A stretch of 63,635 nt of DNA, the filler included, from Octopus bimaculoides (lineage: Eukaryota): assembly GCF_001194135.2 (NCBI RefSeq). It is 7 parts of 7 records of this genome, joined end to end, with 100 filler letters (N's around TTAATTAATTAA, not from the genome) between each part and the next. Parts side by side here need not be neighbours in the genome. Positions count along the whole stretch, not along the records: positions 1 to 23,071 come from NC_068984.1; 6 more parts are not named here. One strand, 5' to 3'. Numbering within the stretch: position 1 is the first letter of the stretch; each line of letters opens with the position of its first letter. A program made the position numbers and the translations under genes. This document shows, piece by piece, positions 1 through 12,700 of the stretch. The notes under the pieces are model-generated. The model saw nothing but the letters and a program-made list of their open reading frames with translations. It had not been told where the DNA came from and ran no database searches.

Positions 1-726
1 TGTGTGCGTGCGTGTGTGTGTGTGTGTGTGTGTCTGCGTCCGTGCGTGCATGAGTGCTTTATCATGCCTGAAAATACATAAAACAATTAATTTGAATGTA
101 GGGCCATGGAAGTTTACCAACATGAAAAAAATAAAAACAAAAACTGTTTTGTTTCCCCCCCCCCCACCGAATCATCACCCTCCACCACCACCACAACTAC
201 TACAACCACAAACACAACCACAGAATTTGGCTCACCTACATATCTAAATACTTTTGTTCCTTGATGTTTGGTTTTAATGCAAAAATTTAGAGTCAGTTTT
301 TCAGTACTTGTTTTTGCTATATTTCTCCCGGTTGGTCTACTCTCGAGCTCTTCTCTACAGAGCGAGGATAATCTCTGAGCTGAGAAGACCTGTACTATAA
401 TCGACGTTATACTTGTTTCAATCATTGTTCCCCGGTCATGCTGGTGCACTGCCTTCAAGGAATTCAGGACTAAAACTTCAGTGGAACAAATCGACCCACG
501 TATCTATTTTCTACTCTGCTACTTATTCTATCAGTCACTTTGGCCGAACCCGCGAGATAACGGGGTAGTAAACAAACCAACACTTGTTGTCAACCGGTGA
601 TGAGGGCAAACACTAACACAAAGACACACACACATATATATACATTTGTGTATATATATATATGTATATATGTATACATATATATACATACATATACATA
701 CATGTTTACAAATATATATATATACG

Positions 727-762
<36 letters not shown>

Positions 763-822
763 TAGATATACTTATAAATATATACACATATATACATATA
801 CATACATACACACACATACACT

Positions 823-862
<40 letters not shown>

Positions 863-1489
863 TATATATATATATTGTTGTTGGTTTTTTCATACAGTAA
901 TGTGTACTTTGAAGGAGAATTTGTTCTTATTTCTAGCAGGTCGAATGATCGCAAAGTGACTCCATTCGAGGACCGTTTATGTTGCCAAATACAAACATCA
1001 CTCGTTCCTTCTATTATTACTTTCTAACGTAAGGCCTGGAAATTGGTGGGGAGGGAGCTAGTCGATTACATCGACCCCCAGTAGTCAACGATCCCGAAGG
1101 GGTGAAAGACAAAGTCGACCTTGATGGAATTCGAACTCAGAACTTAAAGCCGGAAGAAATGCTACTAAGAATTTTGTCTATCGTGCTAATGATTCTGCAA
1201 GCTGGACACCTTTGGTCTTCCTATTATTATTCATCACAGAATAAATCTCTTCAAATTTTTATTCTTCCCCTCCTCTGTTCTCCCTCTCTCGCTCTCTCTC
1301 TCTCTCTCTCTCACCCTTTCTCTCTGCCTCTCTCTCTGTGTTCATTCAGCTCAGTCTCTGACAAGCAAGCAACTCATCCTTCATTTCCTTACTTCTAACT
1401 TCTTTACTTTCTCTCATTCACTTCGAGCAAGAGTTTTATTGTTTTTGAAACCCCTGTAAAAGCCATGCTTTCTCTCTTTCTCTCTCTCT

Positions 1490-1543
<54 letters not shown>

Positions 1544-2193
1544 ATTTCTTCCCCTTTTTTCACCTATTCCTTACGCAACGCTGAACTCAATCTTGACTCC
1601 CCATCCATTGCAAATGGTAAATATCCCGCCTAAAAGCCAATCTGAGATCCAGTAAATTCCTTTTCTTTATCTTGGATTTTTTTCCCCTTCCTTCTATTCT
1701 CTGATCTTCAATTCTATAACCACGATGTGCAACAATCCTTCCCTATCAACTTCTTTATGTAAATTTTACTATTTATATATCTCCCTGCAAATATTTCTCT
1801 CCAAAGACGGCCATATTCGAAATATTTTAAAAACACTATTTTCAAAACGTTCTGCTATATTTTTAGTTTACATTTTCTCTTTTAATACCTCAAGTTCTGT
1901 TTTTATATTCTAATTTCTTTCAAAGTATTAAGTTTGTTTTCTTTGTTTTAAAATTAGATAAATATTGCAAATACTACTCTATTCGAGATGGATCTCATTT
2001 TATTTTTATTTTGCACTTAGTATACATAATGGCACCAGCATGACTGCGTGGTTTAAGCAGCTCGCTTTGCAACCACATGGTTTCTTGTTCAGTTCCACTG
2101 CACGGAATCTGAGGCAAATATCTTCTACTATAGCCCTGAGTCAACCAAGGCCTTGTGAGTAAATTTGAGAAACGGAAACTGTGTGGAATGTCA

Positions 2194-2290
<97 letters not shown>

Positions 2291-2948
2291 CGTCCCCTAC
2301 CACTGCTTGACAACCAGTGTGGGTGTGTTTACACACCCGAAACCTAGCGATTCAGCAAAAGTGACAGAGTAAGTGCCAGACTTTAAAAGAATAAATATTG
2401 GAATTGTTTTGTTCAACTAAACCCTACAAAGTGGTGCTCATGCTTGGCCGCAGTTCAACGTCTGAAAACAAGTAAAAAAAAAGATGAAAGAAAGATAATG
2501 TTTCGTTAGATTTTTGCTATCATGTTTCAAAGTTGCATTATGGCCTTACTGCATATATAGTGTTGTCATATCAGCTACAAAATTACGGTCGGCACTTGCG
2601 ACTACTTGATGTAACAGGATCTTAACTGTTTCTCTCATTCTTCATACCTCTTGTAAATGTACTGAACAGAAAGAACCATAAAACAATACATAGAATTCAA
2701 GAACATACGTGTATGTTTGTGTATGTCAGAAATAACAACAGGAGTCAAGAGAAAAATGTTGCTAAATAACAACTAAAGCAACAACAGAAACAACAGCGAG
2801 AATAATAATAATCTTTTGAGGGTGATTAAGATGGTGGCTATTTTAAAACAGTCCGCAAATCTATTGTCTCAGAACATCTTAAATAATTGTTGGTTTTCGT
2901 TCAACTTGTACCATAAGTATACAGAAACAGCTTTTAACATCATTTAAA

Positions 2949-3107
2949 TCAGTGGTTCTCGACTATTTTTTTTTACATATGAAACCCTTTGAAAGCTATT
3001 TTACTCTGGTGGACCCTCAAAGCCATTCGATGTTTAAAAACTAATCTTATAAGTACTTTCAAAATTCCTATTTTTGTTTTTCACACGTTCACTTGTATAG
3101 GTTTGCA

Positions 3108-3138
<31 letters not shown>

Positions 3139-3660
3139 GCACTCCGTCGCTTACGACGTCGAGGGTTCCAGTTGATCCGATCAACGGAACAGCCTGCTCG
3201 TGAAATTAACGTGCAAGTGACTGAACACTCCACAGACACGTGTACCCTTAACGTAGTTCTCGGGGATATTCAGCATGACACAGTGTGACAAGGCTGACCC
3301 TTTGAATTACAGGCACAACAGAAACAGGAAGTACGAGTGAGAGAAAGTTGTGGTGAAAGAGTACAGCAGGGTTCGCCACCATCCCCTGTCGGAGCCTCGT
3401 GGAGCTTTAGGTGTTTTCGCTCAATAAACACTCACAACGCCCGATCTGGGAATCGAAACCGCGATCCTATGACCGCGAGTTCGCTGCCCTAACCACTGGA
3501 CCATTGCGCCTCCACTTAGGTTTGCAATAGCACTCTCTAAAAAGAACATGTTTCAGTGGCTGGGAATATGTTAAACTATGTAAAATATTAGAGAAAGAAA
3601 TTTAACGCACTTGAAGGTTTCGTTTCAGAATAGCGACTGACTGTATAAAGGCTCGAAATA
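2949..3660. mobile_element. Probable hAT-type MITE interrupted by SINE-A
   Basis: Begins CAGTGGTTCTC; right end not clearly resolved; the SINE-A insertion with 12-bp TSD sits inside. Confidence 0.35.
3110..3516 (-). mobile_element. SINE-A (tRNA-derived head, (CAA)n tail), full length
   Basis: Head with A-box/B-box-like motifs, (CAA)n tail, 12-bp TSD TAGGTTTGCAAT (3098-3109 / 3517-3528). Confidence 0.9.
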
Positions 3661-4179
3661 CGGAAGATTCAGGACCGCATTAAAGAAAAATCTTTCGCTC
3701 ACTAAAACCTTTAATCACGCCGCGACATCAACTCTATCTCTCCCATTTCTCCAATGATCTTTGCTCCTCCGAACATCTCTCTCGCCATACTCTTTCTCAT
3801 CACCAAAACCCAACGCTATATACTTTGTCCTATCCTTTATTTTCTAGAACTGTACCATCTGAAACACCCTGCTATGTTGTGCCCTCAACCACTTAACCTC
3901 AGATGTTCAAATTCGCAAATTACTCAGCCAATATAAATCTAGTCTAATACGTCCTAGAAAGTATTCGTGAATGTCTTGTTAAGAAAATTGCTCAGAAATA
4001 GTTTTAATACCTCTTAAACAATATGGACGATAACCTAAAGCTAAAATGCTGCGAATGAAACGTGTATAATCCATAATATACACCTAATAAATATTTAAAA
4101 GCTTACAAATATCTCTATGAAAAGAAACTGACCAGCAACCTAACAATAAAACAATACAACGTGCATATGAGAAACTGAG

Positions 4180-4795
4180 ATGAAAGGTGCAATTAGAATT
4201 ACAATAAAAGCCATACACAGAACCATACAATAGAGTAATAATTAATACGAAAGCATCTGGTGAACTCACTATCAATTGTGGTTGAAGTATTACAAAATGA
4301 AATGTGATTATAAATGCAAACTTATTATTCTGTTTCCATAGGGGCATTTAAGTAATATTCATTGAAGGTAACTGCAGAGTAAACGACTAACCTAGAAGTG
4401 TTTGTGAATATATCTAAGACACAATGGGCTAGAAATAGCAAAAAGTAACAAATCAATACATAGTTATATCACGCAAGTATGATAAATAGCGGCAATTAGT
4501 TGACTTTTCCTAATCAGATGCATTCACCATCGAGAGTTTATTGACTTCATGAGACCTGCACTCCAGGCAATAAAAACAATAGATTTTGAGCTCTGCGTTA
4601 GAAATCTACGAACCAATTATCAATTAGACAATTGAAGGTGCAATTAGTGGAATCCTGAAGGAGGAACAATAATGTTTGTTAAATCAACTAATGCAGATCG
4701 CTATCAATTCTGGTAAACTTTTACAAAACGATAAGAGATTATAGATGCAGGCATGTTATCTGTTTCCATAGTGACATTTCAATATAATTCATTCA
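4180..4795. repeat. Degenerate local direct duplication (4180-4375 vs 4633-4795)
   Basis: Shared islands GGTGCAATTAG, CTATCAATT-TGGT, TTACAAAA-GA, GATTATA-ATGCA and CTGTTTCCATAG. Confidence 0.75.
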
Positions 4796-4859
4796 AAGAA
4801 GCTAATAATTTCTCAAGTAGCTTTTCATTTAATGTACCTTACATATAAGTTTCTTGGTT

Positions 4860-5540
4860 ACTATAGACAGGATCGGACAATTGTCGTGCTGATGGCGCTT
4901 ATTGAATCAGGAACTTGTACCCACGACTGCCCTCTTATCTCCAGACAATAAACCTGTCTTTTTCCTTAATGGCATGACAACTTTGAAGAAGTCTTGATTC
5001 TTGAGGTGGAGATGATGTTAATAAAACAATAATTCGTGTTGTATAGTGTTTGATATACCTGTATTTGTCTACGTTGTTCAAATACATGCCACTGGCCCCT
5101 CTGAGATATTTCTCTCAGCATTTTTTTTTTTTGTTTAAATTGTGTAAATTACCGAGGTTATAAATGTGTTCTATTTCTTTTTATATACATCCAAGTCCAT
5201 TGGCTACTGGAGATAAGGTCAGGCAATTGTCGTGCTGATGGGGGCTTTTGAGTAAGAAACACATGTCCACGACTGCTCTCTTATCTCCAGACAGTAAGCC
5301 CGTCCTTTATCTTAATAACTTAATGGCTTGTCAACATCGAAAAATGCTTGATTCTTGAGATTATCTCCCCGTTTGATATGTAGCTGTTCCTGATTGTCAT
5401 TTGGTAATTATGATACAACCTCTAGAGGCAGAGACAATTTTAATAAATCAAGGATTTATGCTGTATGGTCTTTTTAATATACCTGCATTTGTCTATATAG
5501 ATAAACAGTCTGAGCCAGTTATATTCAAGTACATTGGTCA
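4860..5540 (+). ncRNA. Candidate duplicated structured ncRNA (H/ACA snoRNA-like or pre-miRNA-like), two copies
   Basis: Copy 2 has CTGGAGATAAG (5207-5217) pairing with CTTATCTCCAG (5280-5290), GTCGTG/CACGAC upper stem, ANANNA hinge, then a second hairpin. The same islands are conserved in copy 1 (4875-5085) while loops diverge. Confidence 0.35.
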
Positions 5541-5562
5541 GAGGACAAAATGCAGTAACAGT

Positions 5563-5946
5563 GTTGTTGGCACTCCGTCGCTTACGACGTCGAGGGTTCT
5601 AGCTGATCCGATCAACGGAACAGCCTGCTCGTGAAATTAACGTGCAAGTGGCTGAGCACTCCACAGACACGTGTACCCTTAACGTAGTTCTCGGGGATGT
5701 CCAGCGTGACACAGTGTGACAAGGCTGACCCTTTGAATTACAGGTACAACAGTAACAGGAAGTATGAGTGAGAGAAAGTTGTGGTGGAAGAGTACTGCAG
5801 GGTTCGCCACCATCCCCTGCCGGAGCCTCGTGGAGCTTTAGGTGTTTTCGCTCAATAAACACTCACAACGCCCGGTCTGGGAATCGAAACCGCGATCCTA
5901 TGACCGCGAGTCCGCTGCCCTAACCACTGGGCCATTGCGCCTCCGC
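5563..5946 (-). mobile_element. SINE-A, full length
   Basis: Near-identical to 3110-3516; 11-bp TSD GCAGTAACAGT (5552-5562 / 5947-5957). Confidence 0.9.
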
Positions 5947-6354
5947 GCAGTAACAGTAACTCAGTTTGAAACGAAGCACTCGAACGAGTAGGCCGACACA
6001 CATTTTAACCACTTCACCAGCTGAAGTTCTCGGCAAGATACATTAATGATGCCATAAATACAAATCCAGTTGTCCTCGAGGTGCGTATGTGCAAAGCAAC
6101 AAGCAGCAATCCACATTCTTCTCGATCAATAAAGCCGATCGCAGAATTCTAATTTCTTTTCACTAAGCTTATGGTTAAATTTATATAAAGAGAAAGTGTA
6201 GACAGTTGATTTGAGTGAGGAAAGACGAAGTCAAACCTGACAGCGCTTTATCTAATAAATAAGAAAGGCACTGAACTTTAAAATGGCGTAACGCTGCTCT
6301 GTACAATTAAGGTTCGTAGCATTAATAAAATTGCTTGTCTTTCTTTTAGTTATT

Positions 6355-6355
6355 C

Positions 6356-6390
<35 letters not shown>

Positions 6391-6476
6391 ATATTCTCAG
6401 AATTATCACCCTCACAAATCATCGTTATCATCATCGTCCCCTTCATCCTTACCAATCATCATCATCGTCGTCATCG

Positions 6477-6546
<70 letters not shown>

Positions 6547-6670
6547 TAGGACGACTACCACCCCCACTAATGTCACCGCCGCCACCCCCATCATGCTCTA
6601 TTGCAGCAATTACACCATTAACACACATGACTATCACCATTAACAACAACAACGACTACTACTACTATTA

Positions 6671-6704
<34 letters not shown>

Positions 6705-6705
6705 G
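6355..6705. repeat. Compound trinucleotide microsatellite (CAT)n/(CCA)/(CAA)/(CTA)n/(CTG)n
   Basis: Directly visible; source of the spurious poly-H/poly-D/poly-M ORFs. Confidence 0.95.
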
Positions 6706-7054
6706 ATGTGAATCATAAAAGGAGGATCAGTGTGATCAATACGAACAATGGATTGACAAACGGACAATTTGTAAATGGCCTCTGCCATGTCTAAAACAGC
6801 TGTTTCGATATAATGATGATTGCTTAGAAAATATAACGGAAGGAAAAAACATTGTGATGTGGAAAGGGAGAGACAGACAGACAGACAGAGACATGGAAAG
6901 ACAGAGAGAAAGAGAGGAAAAGAAAGGGGAAGAGGAAGGGGTATGAATAACGAGTGAGGTTTGGAAATGTGAGGACAGGTTAGAGTAGATAATTTGAAGA
7001 AAGGATATAGGAAAGGAAGTGTGTTGTGTCTGTATGTATGCGTATATGCTTGTT

Positions 7055-7103
<49 letters not shown>

Positions 7104-8046
7104 ATGTGTGATATGCCTGTATTATTTGTGCATTGAGAATGAGTGTGCATGTGTGTGAACATGTATGTGCGCGTTATGTGTATGTGTACGTGTTGAAGGC
7201 TTAAATTGAAATAGAATACAGCTACTTAAGAAAATAGTGACTAATATTTCAATAATAAAATTAGAAAGAAAGAAAGAAAGAAAGAAAGCGAATATATTAA
7301 GGAAGATTAAAGATTCAACGTGGCCCATTAAAACATCAGACAATAATGTCATCTGATAGCCAATAACCTTTTTTTTTTTTTCTAACTTGATATCAGAAAA
7401 GGCAGGGTGGACAGCTGACAGTCGTTTGCGTATCGAATAGAGTACCTTGCATTAATTGATCTGAGTTCGAATCCCACCGAGTCCTACTTTGATATTTGTC
7501 ATTTTTCTTTTGTGATGGGAGTAGGGTCGATGAATAATCTAATTATAGGGATGTAAACAAATCAACACCGGTTATCCTGTGCTAGAGATGATTTTTATCT
7601 TTCTCTCTTCTTGAATGAATTCACTGTATTCAGACCTGGCATGAGATTGGCGCCCCTAAGGTCTAAAACTCTCCCAAGACATGCTATATATCCCGATGGT
7701 TTCTCCCTCCTCCACACTGCGCCTCCGTCGAGGTGCTGAGAGTCCAAAGAAAGCTAAGGCAACGCATCAGAGAACATCACACGACGAAAGACACGACTGC
7801 AAATGTTAGAATTTTATTCTTCACGATAAACTTAATTTCTTACACTTTTGAAGTGCTTATACCCATCTGCAGTGACACAGAGAGAGAGACGGGCTTGCAC
7901 ACCCTTTCCGTTTACTAAATTTACTCACAAGACATTGGTCGGTCCGGGACTATAGCAGAAAGCACTTGCCGAAGTTGCCGCTCAGTGGGACTGAAACCGA
8001 AAACACATGGCTGCAATGCGAACTTCCTAACCACACAACCATGCCT

Positions 8047-8096
<50 letters not shown>

Positions 8097-9032
8097 TCGT
8101 TTAGTTTTTTTTTTAGGAGTCCAACAGACAGTAACGGACTTCACCTAAGCTCGCTGAGCCTCAGAACGTTACACTACTCGAATTTTCATAGGTCCTGTTC
8201 ATATGTACTGGTGTAGTGTATTTTCAGAGATAAGGTCGGTAGCTGCATAATGTATGTATATTTGAAGATTGAGAGCAGTAATACACAACCCTTTCATTGT
8301 TGTTGTTGGTGGTGGCGGTGGCGGTAGCGGCGGCGGTGGTGTTTAGATAGTGGTCCCACACAATTCAAGAAGAAAAACTTCAAGGATCACTAAATGTACA
8401 CTAAATGCTACACAAAAACATCTCTAATTAAGAAATTAATCAATTAGTCATGCATTAAATATTTAGATTTAAACTGACGTGACTTGAGCAAAAAAAAGAT
8501 AAATACATTAAAAAAAATATAAAAGCGAAATCAAAACGGCGACGTCTTTTAGTTTTATTAAACTCGCCGTACTGTGGCATCAGCGATTCAGAAGACTCTC
8601 AAGGAACGTACTTACATCCACACTCACATATACATACTTACATGCAAACACACACACACACACACACACTTATACATATAAGTGTGTATGCATGTGTAAT
8701 TATGCATGAGTACGTATATAAAGTGTATGTGTGTGCATGTTTGTCTCAGTGTGTGGATAACTTTTGTATAGGGGTGTACTCTTTTACTCTTTTCAGTCAT
8801 TTGACTGCGGCCATGCTGGAGCACTGCCTTCAGTCGAACAACTCGACCCCCAGGACTTATTCTTTGTTAGCCTAGTACTTATTCTATCGGTGCTTTTGTC
8901 GAACCGCTAAGTTACGGGGACATAAATACACCAACCTTTGTTGTCAAGCGACGGTTGGGGAGGCAAACACAGACACACAAACATATACCTAGATACANNN
9001 NNNNNNNNNNNNNNNNNNNNNNNNNNNNNNNN

Positions 9033-9064
<32 letters not shown>

Positions 9065-9902
9065 GACGGACTTCTTTTAGTTTCCGTCTACCAAATCCAC
9101 TCAGTAGGAGACACTTGCCCATGGTGGAAAATTCTTAGCGGCATTGCGTCTGTCTTTACGTTCTGAGTTCAAATGCCACCGAGGTCGACTTTGCTTCCAT
9201 TATTTCGTGGTCGATAAAATAAGTACCAGTTGAGTTCTAGGATCGATGTAATCGACTTATTCCCTACTCTGAGGTTGCTGACCCTGTGCCAAAATTTGAA
9301 GCCAATAATTTTAAATCTTCGATTAAACCGCGATATTGGAGTAGTGAAGGTGCATGGCCTAGTGGTTAGAGTATTGTACTCACAACCGTAAGATCGCGGT
9401 TTCGATTCACCGGGTGATGAGTTGTGTTCTTGAACAAAACACTTCATTTCACGTTGCTCCAGTCCACTCTGCTGTAAAAGTATTCCAGCAATAACTGGAA
9501 AGTTAACCCAACGACGGACCAGTGTTCCATTCCAAACGTTGGTGGGAGGGGTCATAGTGTTGAAATACGCCAAGGAAGCATGATTAATTACCCTCATTAT
9601 GAGTGCTTGAACTCCTGACAAACCTAACGGGTGGAAGTATTTTATTCGGTTAACTAATTCCATCGTAAACAAAGGAAGCCATTTTGAACATAAATACGCA
9701 ATAAAAGTGTGTTTACAGAGCTTTTTATGTGATTCAGTCGATAAAAGATGTGCGTACAATAGATATTGCTTAAAAGTTCAAGGTATTTTACATATAAAAT
9801 CACGTTATTATATGTCGTTTAAATAATAAAAATATGGAGCTGAAAACTTACGGAAACATGACGTAGTTATAAAGAAAATGTGTTCGCTTGTGCGCGCTGG
9901 AA

Positions 9903-10153
9903 GTTGTTGTTGGCACTCCGTCGCTTACGACGTCGAGGGTTCCAGTTGATCCGATCAACGGAACAGCCTGCTCGTGAAATTAACGTGCAAGTGGCTGAGC
10001 ACTCCACAGACACGTGTACCCTTAACGTAGTTCTCGGGATATTCAGCGTGACACAGTGTGACAAAACTGGCCCTTTGAATTACAGGTACAACAGAAACAG
10101 GAGGAAAGAGTGAGAGAAAGTTGTGGTGAAAGTGTACAGCAGGGTTCGCCACC
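9903..10153 (-). mobile_element. SINE-A, 3' part (rest in gap)
   Basis: Near-identical to other SINE-A tails. Confidence 0.85.
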
Positions 10154-12519
10154 NNNNNNNNNNNNNNNNNNNNNNNNNNNNNNNNNNNNNNNNNNNNNNN
10201 NNNNNNNNNNNNNNNNNNNNNNNNNNNNNNNNNNNNNNNNNNNNNNNNNNNNNNNNNNNNNNNNNNNNNNNNNNNNNNNNNNNNNNNNNNNNNNNNNNNN
10301 NNNNNNNNNNNNNNNNNNNNNNNNNNNNNNNNNNNNNNNNNNNNNNNNNNNNNNNNNNNNNNNNNNNNNNNNNNNNNNNNNNNNNNNNNNNNNNNNNNNN
10401 NNNNNNNNNNNNNNNNNNNNNNNNNNNNNNNNNNNNNNNNNNNNNNNNNNNNNNNNNNNNNNNNNNNNNNNNNNNNNNNNNNNNNNNNNNNNNNNNNNNN
10501 NNNNNNNNNNNNNNNNNNNNNNNNNNNNNNNNNNNNNNNNNNNNNNNNNNNNNNNNNNNNNNNNNNNNNNNNNNNNNNNNNNNNNNNNNNNNNNNNNNNN
10601 NNNNNNNNNNNNNNNNNNNNNNNNNNNNNNNNNNNNNNNNNNNNNNNNNNNNNNNNNNNNNNNNNNNNNNNNNNNNNNNNNNNNNNNNNNNNNNNNNNNN
10701 NNNNNNNNNNNNNNNNNNNNNNNNNNNNNNNNNNNNNNNNNNNNNNNNNNNNNNNNNNNNNNNNNNNNNNNNNNNNNNNNNNNNNNNNNNNNNNNNNNNN
10801 NNNNNNNNNNNNNNNNNNNNNNNNNNNNNNNNNNNNNNNTATATATATATATATATATATATATTGCCGCAGTCAAATGGCTGAAACAAGTAAAAGAATA
10901 AAAGAATATATATTCTTTTATTCTTTTGCTTGTTTCAGTCATTTGACTGCAGCCATGCTAAAACACCGCTTTGAAGCATGTGTGTGCGCGCGAACGCACG
11001 TGTGTATGTATACGAGAGGTTTCTACACGGTTTCCGTGTACCAAATTCATTCACCAAATTCATTGGTCGGCTTGGGGCCACAGTAGAAGACACTTGCTCG
11101 AAGTGCCGCACCGTGGGACTGAACCCGAAACCGTGTGGTTGGAAAAAAGTGAGCTTCTTAACCAAACGGCCATATCTGCGCCTATGTAGTAAATTTTATT
11201 TACTAAAATTACGAATGCAGCGACGGTTAAAATTTTTAGCGATAGCCTTCAGTAATCTTTAGAAACCTTGTTAATATTCTGTTTGACTTGTGTAAATAAC
11301 GGTGTCTCAGAATCGCTTGCGCCAATGAGCTGAGAGAGTTATGAACACGCTAACGTCTAAAAGAGAGAAGTTGTTATTCTGTGACGCGCACAACAGCGAC
11401 TAGCGTATTTGCGCTTGAATTTGCTGGAACGTATAAAAATAAATATGCAAATCATCGATACTATTTGCATTTTTTTTTTTTTGTTTATACAGTCGGTGGT
11501 TGAGCAAACAAAAATTTAGGCGGCAAATAGGTTTCAGCGGAAGCCATTCGATATAAAATAAAAAGGAAAAAGAAAAACGTAAGGTCTGTACAAAGTACTC
11601 TGTTGAAAATGTAGTTGATAGAATTCAACCTCACGAGAACATTAAGCTAATTGAGATTAAGGAGAGATTTTGTAGTTATTATCGTTGTTATTGGTGTTTT
11701 GTTGTTGTTGATGTTCTTGGTGATGTCATCGTTTTTTTAACCCCACATCTAACTAGCTTGTAGGTCTATGATTAATGGCCATCTAATCATGAACATTCCA
11801 TCTTTTTTTTTTTCAGGCACATTGTATCTAAGACTTATATTATCTAAATCCGTGTTTCCTTTTGTTCCCTTTTTCTTTTCATTTAAGACGCCGGAATATG
11901 ATTTGAGAGAAAATTAATCGTCTTGTTGCGATATTTATGCTGAAATACATTGCCATTGTTCCAATTATTTTTTAAACTAACGATGAATTTAGTAAAATAA
12001 CTTTGTGATCATTTAAGGTACCATATCATGTATTTGAAATATTTCAAGGAACATAAAGGAGAAAATATGAAAATAATCTTTTCTAGTCTAGGCACGAGGC
12101 TCGTGATTTTGGGGGAAGGGGTCAGTCGATTAGATCACCCTCAGTATGCAACTGGTACTTAATTTATCAAACCCGAAAGGATGAAAAGCAAAGTCGAAAA
12201 TATGAAAATAATAAACAAAATAAAACATTTGATCTTTACATTTAATAAATTCTAATGAACACTTGCAAAGGTGGCAGACTTAATCTGTAGTTTGATTTGA
12301 CACCACCACCTTGTACCTTGGATTGCATTAGTGAAGTTTATCCTGTTGCAAGTATTTGAGCCAAGTTTCCATTTCGAGGGTCCCTTCTTCCCTCCCTCTC
12401 ACATTGCTTCTATCTCCCGACTAAAAGATGGAAAATATATAAAGATTGCCCAGAGTGCCAGTGACGCATGACCCCAACATGATCGCAGTCTAATGACTGA
12501 AGCAAGTAAAACGATAGAA

Positions 12520-12700
12520 GATACCTTAATACACATACACACATACGTTAATATACGACGTATATACACTGAAACAATTAAAACGATAAAAGATAGCTTA
12601 ATATACATACACACATACGTTAATATATGGGGTATGTATACAGAAACAATTAAAACGATAAAAACTAACTTTATATACACACATACGTTAATATATGTCT
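12520..12700. repeat. About 72-bp tandem repeat, about 2.5 copies
   Basis: Repeated ACACACATACGTTAATATA ... GAAACAATTAAAACGATAAAA. Confidence 0.8.

Noticed and set aside
920-945. Strong-looking plus-strand acceptor TTCTTATTTCTAGCAG
   Set aside because: Part of the dispersed foldback-element terminus also seen near 19100, 23310, 24830 and 28010.
4838-5058. Minus-strand reading (W)YIKHYTTRIIVLL...EGSRG...HQHDNCPILSIV as USP exon(s)
   Set aside because: The acceptor phase does not match exon 1, the motifs lie in different frames with stops, the spacing is too short, and the duplicate copy does not keep them. The plus-strand RNA structure explains the conservation better.
9169-9759. 196-aa minus-strand ORF
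   Set aside because: More than half of it is antisense read-through of two SINEs; no recognisable domain.
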